Below, in pieces: positions 1-8,135 of a stretch of DNA of 64,000 nucleotides (positions are counted from its first letter, which is position 1; each line of letters starts with the position of its first letter). The notes under the pieces are model-generated. The model saw only the letters and a list, made by a program, of their open reading frames with translations. It was not told the origin of the DNA and did no database searches. The DNA lies in contig OZ243040.1 of assembly GCA_965211995.1 (NCBI GenBank), positions 1,235,363 through 1,299,362 of the forward strand. Direction: 5' to 3'. The position numbers and the translations under genes were made by a program. The stretch is from Candidatus Oxydemutatoraceae bacterium (GTDB lineage: Bacteria; Pseudomonadota; Gammaproteobacteria; Poriferisulfidales; Oxydemutatoraceae).

Positions 1-1
1 C

Positions 2-1807
2 GCCGCCGCCGCCGGCGGCCTCACAGCGATCAAGCGCCGGCACGGCCCGTCCGCCCTCGCCGGCTTCGGGTCGGCCAAAGGCTCGAACGAGGAAGCCTAT
101 CTGTTCCAGAAACTGGTGCGCACCGGCTTCGGCAGCAACAACGTTGACCACTGCACGCGGCTGTGTCACGCATCGTCGGTCGCCGCGCTGCTCGAAGGCA
201 TCGGCTCAGGCGCGGTTTCCAATCAGGTCGCCGACGTGGCCCAAGCCGAAGTGATTATCGTCATCGGCGCCAACCCGACCGACAATCACCCGGTCGCCGC
301 GACCTTCATAAAGAACGCCGCGCGGCACGGCAAGACCCTGATCGTGATAGACCCCCGCCGCACCGAACTCGCGCGCTACGCCGACTACTTTTTGCAGTTC
401 AAGCCCGACACCGACGTCGCACTGCTCAACGCGATCATGCATTCGCTCGTCAAACAGGGCCTGACCGACGAGACTTTCATCGCAAACCGCACCGAAGGTT
501 TTGCCGGGCTGCGCGAACATCTCGAAGACTTCAGCCCCGAGCGGGTCGAGAATATCTGCGGCGTTGACGCCGCCGTGATCCACGAAGTCGCAAGACTGTA
601 CGCATCGTCGCAAGGCTCGATGATCTTCTGGGGCATGGGCATCTCGCAACACGTTCACGGCACCGACAACGCGCGCTGCCTGATCGCGATGGCGATGATG
701 ACCGGTCAGATCGGCCGCCCCGGCACCGGCCTGCACCCGCTGCGCGGGCAGAACAACGTGCAGGGCGCCTCCGACGTCGGGCTGATCCCGATGGTGTTCC
801 CGGACTACCAACGCGTTGACGACGCCGACGCGCGCGCGCGCTTCGAGAAGTTGTGGGGTCTCGCGCTCGACCCGAAACCGGGGCTGACCGTCGTCGAGAT
901 CATGCACGCGATCAACGACGGGCAAATAAAAGGCATGTACGTCATGGGCGAAAACCCCGCGATGTCGGACCCCAACCTGTCCCACGCGCGCGCGGCTCTC
1001 GCCAAACTCGACCACCTGGTCGTGCAGGACATCTTCCTCACCGAAACGGCGCTGTTCGCCGACGTAGTGCTGCCGGCGTCGGCGTTTCCCGAAAAAACCG
1101 GCACCTTTACGAACACCGACCGCCGGGTGCAACTCGGGCGCCAGGCGGTTGCGCCGCCCGGCCGGGCGAAACAGGACTTGTGGATCATTCAGGAGATCGC
1201 AAACCGCATCGGATTGGATTGGCGTTACGAACACGTCTCCGAGGTGTTTGACGAAATGCGCCAAGGCATGGACAGCATCGCGGGCATTGATTGGGAGCGG
1301 CTTGAAAAAGACCATTCGGTCACCTACCCGTGCACCGAAAAAAACGACCCCGGACAACCCGTCATCTTCACCGAGCGGTTCCCGACCGCAAGCGGCCGCG
1401 GCAAGTTCGTGCCCGCCAAACTCACGAACGCCGATGAACTGCCCGACGGCGAGTATCCCTATATCTTCATCACCGGCCGCCAACTCGAGCATTGGCATAC
1501 CGGCGCGATGACCCGGCGCGCATCGGTGCTCAACGCACTCGAGCCTGCGCCCGTGGCTTCGATCCACCCCGACGACCTGAAGAAAATCAAGGTGCCGCCG
1601 GGGGGCACGGTCAGATTGTCCTCGCGCCGCGGCATGATCGAATGTTGCGCCCGCGCCGACGACGGCTTGACCCCGGGGCAAGTGTTCATGCCCTTCTGCT
1701 ACCGCGAAGCCGCCGCCAACCTGCTGACCAACGAGGCGCTCGACCCGTACGGCAAAATCCCGGAATTCAAGTTCTGCGCCCTGAAAATAGAGGCGGCGCC
1801 GCACTGA
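2..1807 (+). CDS. formate dehydrogenase alpha subunit / molybdopterin oxidoreductase catalytic subunit (5' end lies upstream of the window)
   Basis: 563-aa ORF runs in from the window edge. Molybdopterin oxidoreductase hallmarks include TRLCHASSV with GSGAVSNQV, IIVIGANPTDNHPV and a C-terminal molybdopterin-dinucleotide-binding region. Confidence 0.8.
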   Translation, partial: AAAAGGLTAIKRRHGPSALAGFGSAKGSNEEAYLFQKLVRTGFGSNNVDHCTRLCHASSVAALLEGIGSGAVSNQVADVAQAEVIIVIGANPTDNHPVAATFIKNAARHGKTLIVIDPRRTELARYADYFLQFKPDTDVALLNAIMHSLVKQGLTDETFIANRTEGFAGLREHLEDFSPERVENICGVDAAVIHEVARLYASSQGSMIFWGMGISQHVHGTDNARCLIAMAMMTGQIGRPGTGLHPLRGQNNVQGASDVGLIPMVFPDYQRVDDADARARFEKLWGLALDPKPGLTVVEIMHAINDGQIKGMYVMGENPAMSDPNLSHARAALAKLDHLVVQDIFLTETALFADVVLPASAFPEKTGTFTNTDRRVQLGRQAVAPPGRAKQDLWIIQEIANRIGLDWRYEHVSEVFDEMRQGMDSIAGIDWERLEKDHSVTYPCTEKNDPGQPVIFTERFPTASGRGKFVPAKLTNADELPDGEYPYIFITGRQLEHWHTGAMTRRASVLNALEPAPVASIHPDDLKKIKVPPGGTVRLSSRRGMIECCARADDGLTPGQVFMPFCYREAAANLLTNEALDPYGKIPEFKFCALKIEAAPH

Positions 1808-1887
1808 AAAGCGGCCGGACAACGGCCGCGCCTGTTAAAATAGGCGTGTCTTGTGGAATCACCAATCAACTTGGGGCGGAAAAAAAC

Positions 1888-2220
1888 ATGAAAAAGACTC
1901 TCTATAAAGTGACCTTCATAGATCAAGATGAAGCCTACTCGCTCTATGCCGCCAAGGTCTATCAGGCGGACTTGTTCGGCTTCATCGCGATCGAGGAAAT
2001 CAACTTCAACCAAAGCGATTCGCTGGTCGTGGACCCGTCCGAAGAGCGTATGAAACACGAATTTCGGGACGTCAAACGCTTCTTCGTCCCGATGCACTCG
2101 ATCATCCGCATCGAGGAAGTCGAGAAAACCGGCGTCGCCAAGATCACCGCCATCAGCGACCAAGTCACAAAACTGCACCGCCCGGTCTATACCGAAAATG
2201 GGACGAACAAGGCGAAGTAA
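1888..2220 (+). CDS. small conserved hypothetical protein (DUF-type, about 110 aa)
   Basis: Internal ATG at aa 133 of ORF 1492..2220. The 1492-1887 part is antisense to the fdh gene end. Codon usage is GC3-biased. Confidence 0.5.
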   Translation: MKKTLYKVTFIDQDEAYSLYAAKVYQADLFGFIAIEEINFNQSDSLVVDPSEERMKHEFRDVKRFFVPMHSIIRIEEVEKTGVAKITAISDQVTKLHRPVYTENGTNKAK

Positions 2221-2301
2221 AAATCCGGAATCAGGGATAGAGGCTGTTAAAATCACCGCCGACGGTGCCACGGACGGCGGACACGAAGAATAGAGACTAA
2301 C

Positions 2302-2392
2302 GGAGAGGTGGCCGAGTGGCTGAAGGCGCACGCTTGGAAAGCGTGTATACGGTTCTCCCGTATCGAGGGTTCGAATCCCTCTCTCTCCGCCA
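2302..2392 (+). tRNA. tRNA-Ser (anticodon GGA)
   Basis: GGAGAGGTGGCCGAGTGGCTGAAGGCGCACGCTTGGAAAGCGTG...GGTTCGAATCCCTCTCTCTCCGCCA. Long variable arm, GGA in the anticodon loop, CCA encoded. Confidence 0.85.
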
Positions 2393-2699
2393 TATTTTCA
2401 TCTCGAGAGACTTGCCGTTTAAAAAAACAGGATTTCAAAAGTGGGAAAAACAATAAAAATTTTCCTTGTTGATGGAGAACCTGATGGATTGAAACCCGCC
2501 GAACTAAGCAACCGGGCCGGTCAAACAACAGTTATTCCAAGAAATAAACTCAACGGTATCAAACAACGTTCTTAAGGGATTATAAGAAATAATCATGGCA
2601 AAAACGGAAGGAGACTTCCAGCCGACCATCCAAGACTTTCATTTGAAAAGGCATTTGGCCCACGGAATTTTTGCTTTTTACGGTCTTTATGAAAACGAA

Positions 2700-2810
2700 C
2701 GGCGCCCCTCGTCTGAAACGCCTCAACGCCGATGCCGCCAATGCGAACACCGCGAGCACAACGGCCGCCGCAATGACGATGCTCGGACCCGACAACGCAT
2801 CAATCAAGCA
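2700..2810 (-). pseudogene. fragment homologous to the znuB 3' end (about 35 codons, stop codon lost)
   Basis: Minus-strand translation reads SGPSIVIAAAVVLAVFALAASALRRFRR, against intact ZnuB SGPSIVTAAAGMFAVLALMSPVLARFRQ. DNA is about 70-75% identical to 6096-6200, in the same orientation. Confidence 0.55.
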
Positions 2811-2879
2811 CCCATTTCATCAAGGCGGCATTAGATTGGATCAGGCAAACTTATCCGATTCATTGAAACGCCGATCTAC

Positions 2880-3158
2880 ATGGGAGCCGAACGAGTTAAA
2901 AGCCCGAATCACCCCGCGCAAAAGCCGGTAAAAGTCCTGGAACACGTCATTAACCTTGCCTCGAACGAAGGCGACTTAGTGTTCGCCCCGTTCATGGGCG
3001 TCGGATCGACCGGGGTCGCCGCACTTAATCTGAACAGAAAATTTATCGGCATCGAGGCCGCTGAAAAATATCACGAAGCCGCAAAGAAAAGGCTGAATAA
3101 ACGACCCGCTAAATTATTCGCAGCCAAACGACAACTGAGCATAGCCGGGCAGTTATGA
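2880..3158 (+). pseudogene. C-terminal remnant of an N6/N4 DNA methyltransferase
   Basis: HPAQKPVKVLEHVI...GDLVFAPFMGVGSTGVAALNLNRKFIGIE is the conserved N4/N6 methylase C-terminal block. Only about 90 aa survive, with no N-terminal domain, and the upstream frame is disrupted. Confidence 0.55.
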
Positions 3159-3212
3159 ATATAGAAAGCGCAACATTTAATCGCAGAGAGTAAAAGACGC
3201 GAATGCTCCACC

Positions 3213-3246
3213 GGAAACCAACCGCAGCAAGCTGCGGTTGGTTTCC
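3213..3246. repeat. perfect inverted repeat GGAAACCAACCGCAGC-AA-GCTGCGGTTGGTTTCC (16-bp arms)
   Basis: Seen directly in the sequence, in the spacer between the convergent methylase remnant and hepT. A second perfect palindrome, CCGGACTAGTCCGG, lies about 100 bp further on. Confidence 0.6.
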
Positions 3247-3420
3247 GTCACGCCTACATAGTCGCCATCACGGAATCCCTTCACCTGCTCGCATAATTTC
3301 TGCACCGGCGGCGGCAACTTCTCCATGCGCGAACCGGACTAGTCCGGCACCCAACGGACGCCGGGATCCGGAACGTCCCAGGGGGGACGCGGGAAAATCC
3401 GGGGGAAGTGGCATGGGAAA

Positions 3421-3834
3421 TTATTTCAGTAAGTCGGCAAGTATGCCGGCGAATTCTATTAAGTCATCGGCATCTTTCTTGAGCACCTTTTCCACCAGCG
3501 TATAGTCAATCTCCCGATACTGATGAACGGTGATGTTTCTAAATCCCACCATGCCTTTTAATTTCTCTTCCAACTCAGCATCTATGATGTCCGCTTTCCA
3601 GAGCAAGGTAAAACTCTCGGCGCTTTCAGACGGAAGTCCAAGTTTTTTCAGACGAATTACATGGTTCGCCATGTCAATACACTGTTCGCAGGCTCTCTGT
3701 AAATTAACAACCACCGCATCTTGCTTATAAAAGTCATCGGTGAAAGGTTTTTCCGACGGGATTGCATAATAATCCCGCGCCTGCTTTATGCGCCGCTCTA
3801 TGCTGGCTTTTTTCTGCCAGAGAATATCAGACAT
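3421..3834 (-). CDS. hepT: HepT-family HEPN toxin (DUF86, nucleotidyltransferase substrate-binding protein-like)
   Basis: 137 aa. The Rx4HxY HEPN motif is present (RNITVHQY). It overlaps the upstream mntA by 8 nt. Confidence 0.8.
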   Translation of the reverse strand: MSDILWQKKASIERRIKQARDYYAIPSEKPFTDDFYKQDAVVVNLQRACEQCIDMANHVIRLKKLGLPSESAESFTLLWKADIIDAELEEKLKGMVGFRNITVHQYREIDYTLVEKVLKKDADDLIEFAGILADLLK

Positions 3835-4267
3835 CGTAAAACCTCCCGGTATTCAAACCACTTTCAACGATTTCCCGACGCTCCTCATTCAGTTTTTGAT
3901 AAAAAGACAGCGTCAGCATTTCAAATTCATCAGCCGCATTCTCATCAGCGCAGTAAATGCGCCGGTCGGCGGCGATAATTTCCTTGCGCAGAATCACCGG
4001 AGCCGTGCGTAGATTGACTAAATCAATACGATCCACTTTTGCGGCTGATGCAACTTCAACTGAAAGGTGGCCCCACGTTGAATAGTCAATGTCTCGCGCC
4101 GTTGTATTCGGAAGGAGCACGGCGATGTCCAAGTCGCTATCCTGGCGCTGGTATTCGGTGCCCCAGGTGCCGTAGATGTAAATGGCCTGGGTTTTGGGGT
4201 AAGCTTTCAAAATAGAATCAACAGATCTAGCAACAAATACTTCGATGCGTTTGGGAACAATAGTCAT
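3827..4267 (-). CDS. mntA: MntA-family minimal nucleotidyltransferase antitoxin
   Basis: 146 aa. The NTase motif GTWGTEYQRQDSDLDIAV (GS...DxD) is present. It overlaps the upstream gene by 4 nt and hepT by 8 nt. Confidence 0.8.
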   Translation of the reverse strand: MTIVPKRIEVFVARSVDSILKAYPKTQAIYIYGTWGTEYQRQDSDLDIAVLLPNTTARDIDYSTWGHLSVEVASAAKVDRIDLVNLRTAPVILRKEIIAADRRIYCADENAADEFEMLTLSFYQKLNEERREIVESGLNTGRFYDV

Positions 4268-5058
4268 AACTTATATCCCCAAATTTTATTGCGGTCTACA
4301 TGGCTCGTCATATCGGAGCATCGGTTTCCAGCGTGCTTTAACCACGAAAACATCCAAAGAAACCAAACAAAAAGAGAATTATCTTCTAGACACAAAAAAT
4401 CAAACATCTCGTTTCCTATTGCATCACGTTTAACTGGGGCTAGAGGTTTCTCATACGGACTATTCGGCTGACTCAATTTTGACAAAGATCGGTATGAACC
4501 ACCCGAAACAAGAAATTTTCCTGGGACAACAATGAAATCTGGGGATTCTCTATTAGGAATATCTTTAAGTATTAATTGAAGATTTTTTTTGACTGTCTTT
4601 GAGGCCGGTGCATCAAACGCCCAAAGGGTGAATAGCGAGTCCTTGATTTGTGGTATATGAGAATCACCGAACTCCCGAAGAAGTGTCTTGAACTTCCGAC
4701 ATTTTTTAACTGCATCTTGAATATCACGCGGATTGAGTTGCGTCTTAACTTCAATCAGGCTGTAAACAGATTCAACTAGGAAAATTTTTTTAGACATCTC
4801 TGAATGTAAACAGGTATTCCATATTTCATCATAAATAACTAAATCGGCTTCATTCGAAAATACCCCATTATGAGAAGTAATTAGTCCTGTATCCACGCCA
4901 AAGGCAGATGGCGGGTGTTTGCTTAAAAAATCAGCAAGAATACCTTCCCTGTTTTGCCCTGCTGAAAGATTGTGTGAGGTGAAATCACGATGGATACGTT
5001 CATGTTGGGAAGACATCTCCTTTGAGATTTCCCTCAGATATTCAGGCAACATGCTCAC
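4264..5058 (-). CDS. hypothetical protein with a PD-(D/E)xK-like nuclease motif, first gene of the mntA-hepT operon
   Basis: 264 aa (262 aa if the ATG at 5052, which has a GGAG RBS, is used). The motif ...EADLVIYDE...(x20)...LIEVK fits the D...(D/E)xK core. I recognise no named family. It overlaps the mntA start by 4 nt. Confidence 0.6.
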   Translation of the reverse strand: MSMLPEYLREISKEMSSQHERIHRDFTSHNLSAGQNREGILADFLSKHPPSAFGVDTGLITSHNGVFSNEADLVIYDEIWNTCLHSEMSKKIFLVESVYSLIEVKTQLNPRDIQDAVKKCRKFKTLLREFGDSHIPQIKDSLFTLWAFDAPASKTVKKNLQLILKDIPNRESPDFIVVPGKFLVSGGSYRSLSKLSQPNSPYEKPLAPVKRDAIGNEMFDFLCLEDNSLFVWFLWMFSWLKHAGNRCSDMTSHVDRNKIWGYKL

Positions 5059-5104
5059 ACTCCAATCTCCAAAATCTTCATCGTGTCATTCCCGAATATA
5101 TCCA

Positions 5105-5138
5105 CCACCTTGACGGCGATCTTCCGCCGTCAAGGTGG
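5105..5138. promoter_or_regulatory. perfect 14-bp inverted repeat CCACCTTGACGGCG-ATCTTC-CGCCGTCAAGGTGG about 50 nt upstream of the three-gene operon
   Basis: Seen directly. It overlaps the stop codon of the decayed upstream gene and is followed by a TATATT -10-like element and then a GGAG RBS. Candidate operator and/or terminator. Confidence 0.4.
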
Positions 5139-5139
5139 G

Positions 5140-5733
5140 CATTCTTGTTTCACGCTGGTCAATTCCAGCGAGCGGTCTTTCTTGGTGCGGAAACTTTGCC
5201 ATTCGTTTTCAAAGATGTAGTCGCCGCTCCATTGTTTTTCGGTTTCGCCGGTGTCTTCGTTTTTGACGCGGATGATTTCGCGTTTGCTTTCGAAGTCGAA
5301 GTCCACGGCTCAGTAGTCTATCCAGTCGGTTCAATGTTTGATTAGTTGTTCGCGGGAGATTTTACCATTTTTGTCTTTGCTGACGCGCACAATCTGGCCG
5401 TGGTCGGCGACAATTTTGGTTTTGCCGTCTTTGAGGGATTCTTCGGCGTTGGCGATACCCTGGGAGTAGTGTACGGAGAAGTCGGTCAATTCCACGGGCA
5501 CCGAAGCAAGTCCCCCTGACAAGAAGGATTTAGGGGGTTGCCTGTTCTCAACCCGACTCAGCAAATCAGTATGGACCCCTTCAAGATTATTCAGGATTGG
5601 TCTTACCCCGTTTTAACGGATACCGGTTTAGACTGAGGCCTCCTGCTGTTCATACACGACGGGCAGCGGCCTGCCGGCTTCGAGCAACCTTACGGCATCG
5701 CGCTTTTCACTATCTGTTAATTTCATTCGTTAG
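5140..5733 (-). pseudogene. remnants of one or more decayed genes of unknown function (in-frame stops)
   Basis: The minus-strand reading is broken by two in-frame stops: ...ISREQLIKH* TDWIDY* AVDFDFESKREIIRVKNEDTGETEKQWSGDYIFENEWQ... A 32-aa MKLTDSEKRDAVRLLEAGRPLPVVYEQQEASV stub sits at about 5635-5733. Confidence 0.35.
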
Positions 5734-6095
5734 TCGCTCCGCCGGGCGGCTGCTTAACTTGTTTTAATGACCAAATACATGCGCCCGCAAATCACGCCGA
5801 GATGGCTGCAAGCCTGCGGATTCGCCACGGGCTTCGACCGCAGATGACCTGCCCCTGAAGCATATACCAACAGCAACTTAGGAAAATTCATAGTGGCAAA
5901 TCCACACGCCCCGCTCCAGTTGCTGTTGCAGTATCTTCATGCAGGACCGCCACTTTGAACAGCGCGTAAAGCGAACTGCCCGCAGGGCGCGCGACGGAGA
6001 TAAATCTTATTTTTCCCGATCACCGGTTCAAATCTCGCTTGCAGAAAAACGTTTAACTCCCGCTATCAGGCTTATGCACGGCGGCTCCCCCGTAA

Positions 6096-6911
6096 CTATT
6101 GCCTGAAACGCGCAAGCACCGGCGACATCAATGCAAGCACCGCGAACATGCCGGCCGCCGCGGTGACGATGCTCGGGCCCGACGGCGTGTCAAACTTCAC
6201 CGAGCCGAAAATGCCGCCGATCACCGCGAGCACGCCGATCACCGCCGCGGCCACGGCCATCGCTTCGGGCGAGCGCGCCAACTGACGGGCGGCGGCGGCG
6301 GGAATAACCAGCAGCGCCGTGATCAGCAGGATGCCGACGATACGGATCGACACCGCCACCACGATCGTCATCAGAAACATCAGCAGCAACTGCGTCCAAA
6401 AAACACTTACGCCTTCCGCTTTGGCCAGGTCTTCGTGCACGGCCATCAGCACCAGCGACGGCCAGTTGACGAACAGCAGGCCGAGCACCACAACGCCGCC
6501 GCCGTAGATCCAATACAACTCTTGCGGCGTGACGGTCAGGACGTCGCCAAACAGGTAGCCGTGCAGATCAAAGCGCGGATTATCCAGAAAACTGATCGCC
6601 ACCATCCCGACGGCGAGCGCGGCGTGGGCCAGAATGCCGAGCAAGGTATCCGTCGCCAGCACCCGCTTTTGCTGCAGCCACACCAGCAGCACTGCAAAGA
6701 CGGAGCAGACCAGCACCGTCCCCGGACCGACGCCGAAGCCGTAGAGCAGGCCGAGGGCGACACCGAGCAAAGCGCTGTGGGCGAGCGAGTCGCCGAAATA
6801 AGCCATGCGCCGCCACACCACGAAGCAACCGAGCGCACCCGCAACGAGGGCGACGCCGACGCCCGCGCCCACCGCGCGGAGAATAAAGTCATCGGGCATT
6901 GCTGCCTGCAT
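6096..6911 (-). CDS. znuB: zinc ABC transporter permease ZnuB
   Basis: 271 aa polytopic membrane protein of the ZnuB/MntB family, sitting between znuC and the cluster end. Confidence 0.85.
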   Translation of the reverse strand: MQAAMPDDFILRAVGAGVGVALVAGALGCFVVWRRMAYFGDSLAHSALLGVALGLLYGFGVGPGTVLVCSVFAVLLVWLQQKRVLATDTLLGILAHAALAVGMVAISFLDNPRFDLHGYLFGDVLTVTPQELYWIYGGGVVVLGLLFVNWPSLVLMAVHEDLAKAEGVSVFWTQLLLMFLMTIVVAVSIRIVGILLITALLVIPAAAARQLARSPEAMAVAAAVIGVLAVIGGIFGSVKFDTPSGPSIVTAAAGMFAVLALMSPVLARFRQ

Positions 6912-7620
6912 CGTGCCGGTGGTCGTGCGTATGGTGATAAACCGTCATCATCCGCGCCATGTCGTCTCCGAACAGCGATATGAACTGCGGGTCTTTGGCG
7001 ACCGCCTGCGGCTCGCCGGAGCAGCACACGTGATGGAACAGGCACACCACCTTTCTGGTGCAGGACATCACCAAATGCAAATCGTGGGACACCATCAAAA
7101 TGCTGAGATCGCGCTCAGCGTAAATACGTTCCAGCAGTTTGTAGAACGCCAGTTGGCCTGAGACGTCGAGGTTCTGCGCGGGTTCATCCAGGATCAGCAA
7201 CTCCGGGGAATCCAGCAGCGCACGGGTCAGCAGCACGCGCTGCAATTCGCCTCCGGAAAGCGCATGCAGCGGCTTTGCGAGCAGCGCCCGAACGGCGGTT
7301 TCCTCTCCCGCCTTGCGGATCGCCGGGTCGTCCGCTCTTTTCCGCAGCGTCAGAAAACGCCGAACCGTGATCGGCATAACGCGGTCAACGGTCAGGGACT
7401 GAGGCACGTAGCCGATCTTGACGCCCCGTTTGCGAACGACGCCGCCTTTATCCGGCTCATAAAACCCCATCAGGCATTTAAGCAGCATTGATTTCCCCGC
7501 GCCGTTGGGGCCGATGACGGTAATAAAGTCACGTTCGCCGATCGTGAACGACACGTCTTTCAGAATCGCCCGCCGTTCACGGAAGACACTGACCTTCTCC
7601 GCCGTGATGAGTCCGTTCAT
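6889..7620 (-). CDS. znuC: zinc ABC transporter ATP-binding protein ZnuC
   Basis: Walker A GPNGAGKS, ABC signature LSGGELQ and Walker B LILDEP are present, plus a His-rich C-terminal tail. Start taken at MNGLITAEK. Confidence 0.85.
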   Translation of the reverse strand: MNGLITAEKVSVFRERRAILKDVSFTIGERDFITVIGPNGAGKSMLLKCLMGFYEPDKGGVVRKRGVKIGYVPQSLTVDRVMPITVRRFLTLRKRADDPAIRKAGEETAVRALLAKPLHALSGGELQRVLLTRALLDSPELLILDEPAQNLDVSGQLAFYKLLERIYAERDLSILMVSHDLHLVMSCTRKVVCLFHHVCCSGEPQAVAKDPQFISLFGDDMARMMTVYHHTHDHRHDAGSNAR

Positions 7621-7621
7621 T

Positions 7622-8089
7622 TCACGCCTCCCCGCGCCTGCATTCCCGGCACTTCCCCTCAATCTCCAAAGTGGTGTGCCTGGGCTCAAATTGATTCCTG
7701 CCGGTCGCTTTCCGGATCGCCCGCTTCAATTCGCCGCTGCAACACTCCTCGATCTCCCCGCAAGTGGAGCAAAACAGAAAATAACATTCATCGTGCTGCA
7801 GCGGATGGCTGCACCCGACGTAGGCGTTGAGACTGTTAAGCCGGTGCGCCAAGCCGTTGACCAGTAAAAAGTCCAGCGCCCGATACACCGTCGGCGGCTT
7901 GGCGCCGGCGGTGCCGACACCCAGTTTTTTCAAAATGTCGTAGGCTTTCGCCGGGCGGTGGCTCGCCCAGATCAGCCGCAGCACCTTGCGGCGCAATTTG
8001 GTGAAGCGCGCTTCCCGGTCGCGGCAAACCGCTTCAGCGTTGAGCAACGCCTCGCTGACGCAATCCTTGTGCGCGTGGCAAACCTGCAC
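7622..8089 (-). CDS. zur: zinc uptake regulator Zur (Fur family)
   Basis: Aligns with E. coli Zur (AKPPTVYRALDFLL, C-x2-C pairs). A GTG start preceded by GGGGGAGG gives about 155 aa. The upstream ATG at 8132-8134 would fall inside the Zur box, so I did not use it. Confidence 0.75.
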   Translation of the reverse strand: MQVCHAHKDCVSEALLNAEAVCRDREARFTKLRRKVLRLIWASHRPAKAYDILKKLGVGTAGAKPPTVYRALDFLLVNGLAHRLNSLNAYVGCSHPLQHDECYFLFCSTCGEIEECCSGELKRAIRKATGRNQFEPRHTTLEIEGKCRECRRGEA

Positions 8090-8117
8090 GGCGGCCTCCC
8101 CCGGAGCCACATAAGTT

Positions 8118-8134
8118 ACGTTATAATATAACAT
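8118..8134. promoter_or_regulatory. Zur box (GTTATA-a-TATAAC dyad) in the zur/znuA divergent region
   Basis: ACGTTATAATATAACAT matches the proteobacterial Zur-box core TGTTATAwTATAACA. It abuts the znuA ATG at 8136. Confidence 0.65.
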
Positions 8135-8135
8135 A

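Larger units (their letters stand above)
2393..6095. mobile_element. decayed AT-rich genomic island inserted 3' of tRNA-Ser(GGA); no integrase retained
   Basis: GC content drops sharply immediately after the tRNA 3' end and recovers near 5.75 kb. Content is gene fragments plus one intact TA-like operon. The island is bracketed by a partial znuB-like copy (2700-2810) and intact znuB (6096-). Confidence 0.6.

Noticed and set aside
163-1822. Long antisense or overlapping ORFs inside the formate-dehydrogenase gene (163..567+, 206..1822-, and others)
   Set aside because: Arg/Ala-rich artefacts typical of high-GC DNA on non-coding frames. The sense frame has clear family homology. The same applies to most overlapping ORFs in the track (for example 6099..6983+, 36336..38201+, 41177..42577-, 46282..47574+).
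5990-6060. Possible attR direct repeat of the tRNA-Ser(GGA) 3' end (ACCGGTTCAAATCTCGC against GGGTTCGAATCCCTCTC)
   Set aside because: Only about 12 of 17 nt match, and there is no integrase. Too weak to call, so it is mentioned only as a pointer in the island finding.
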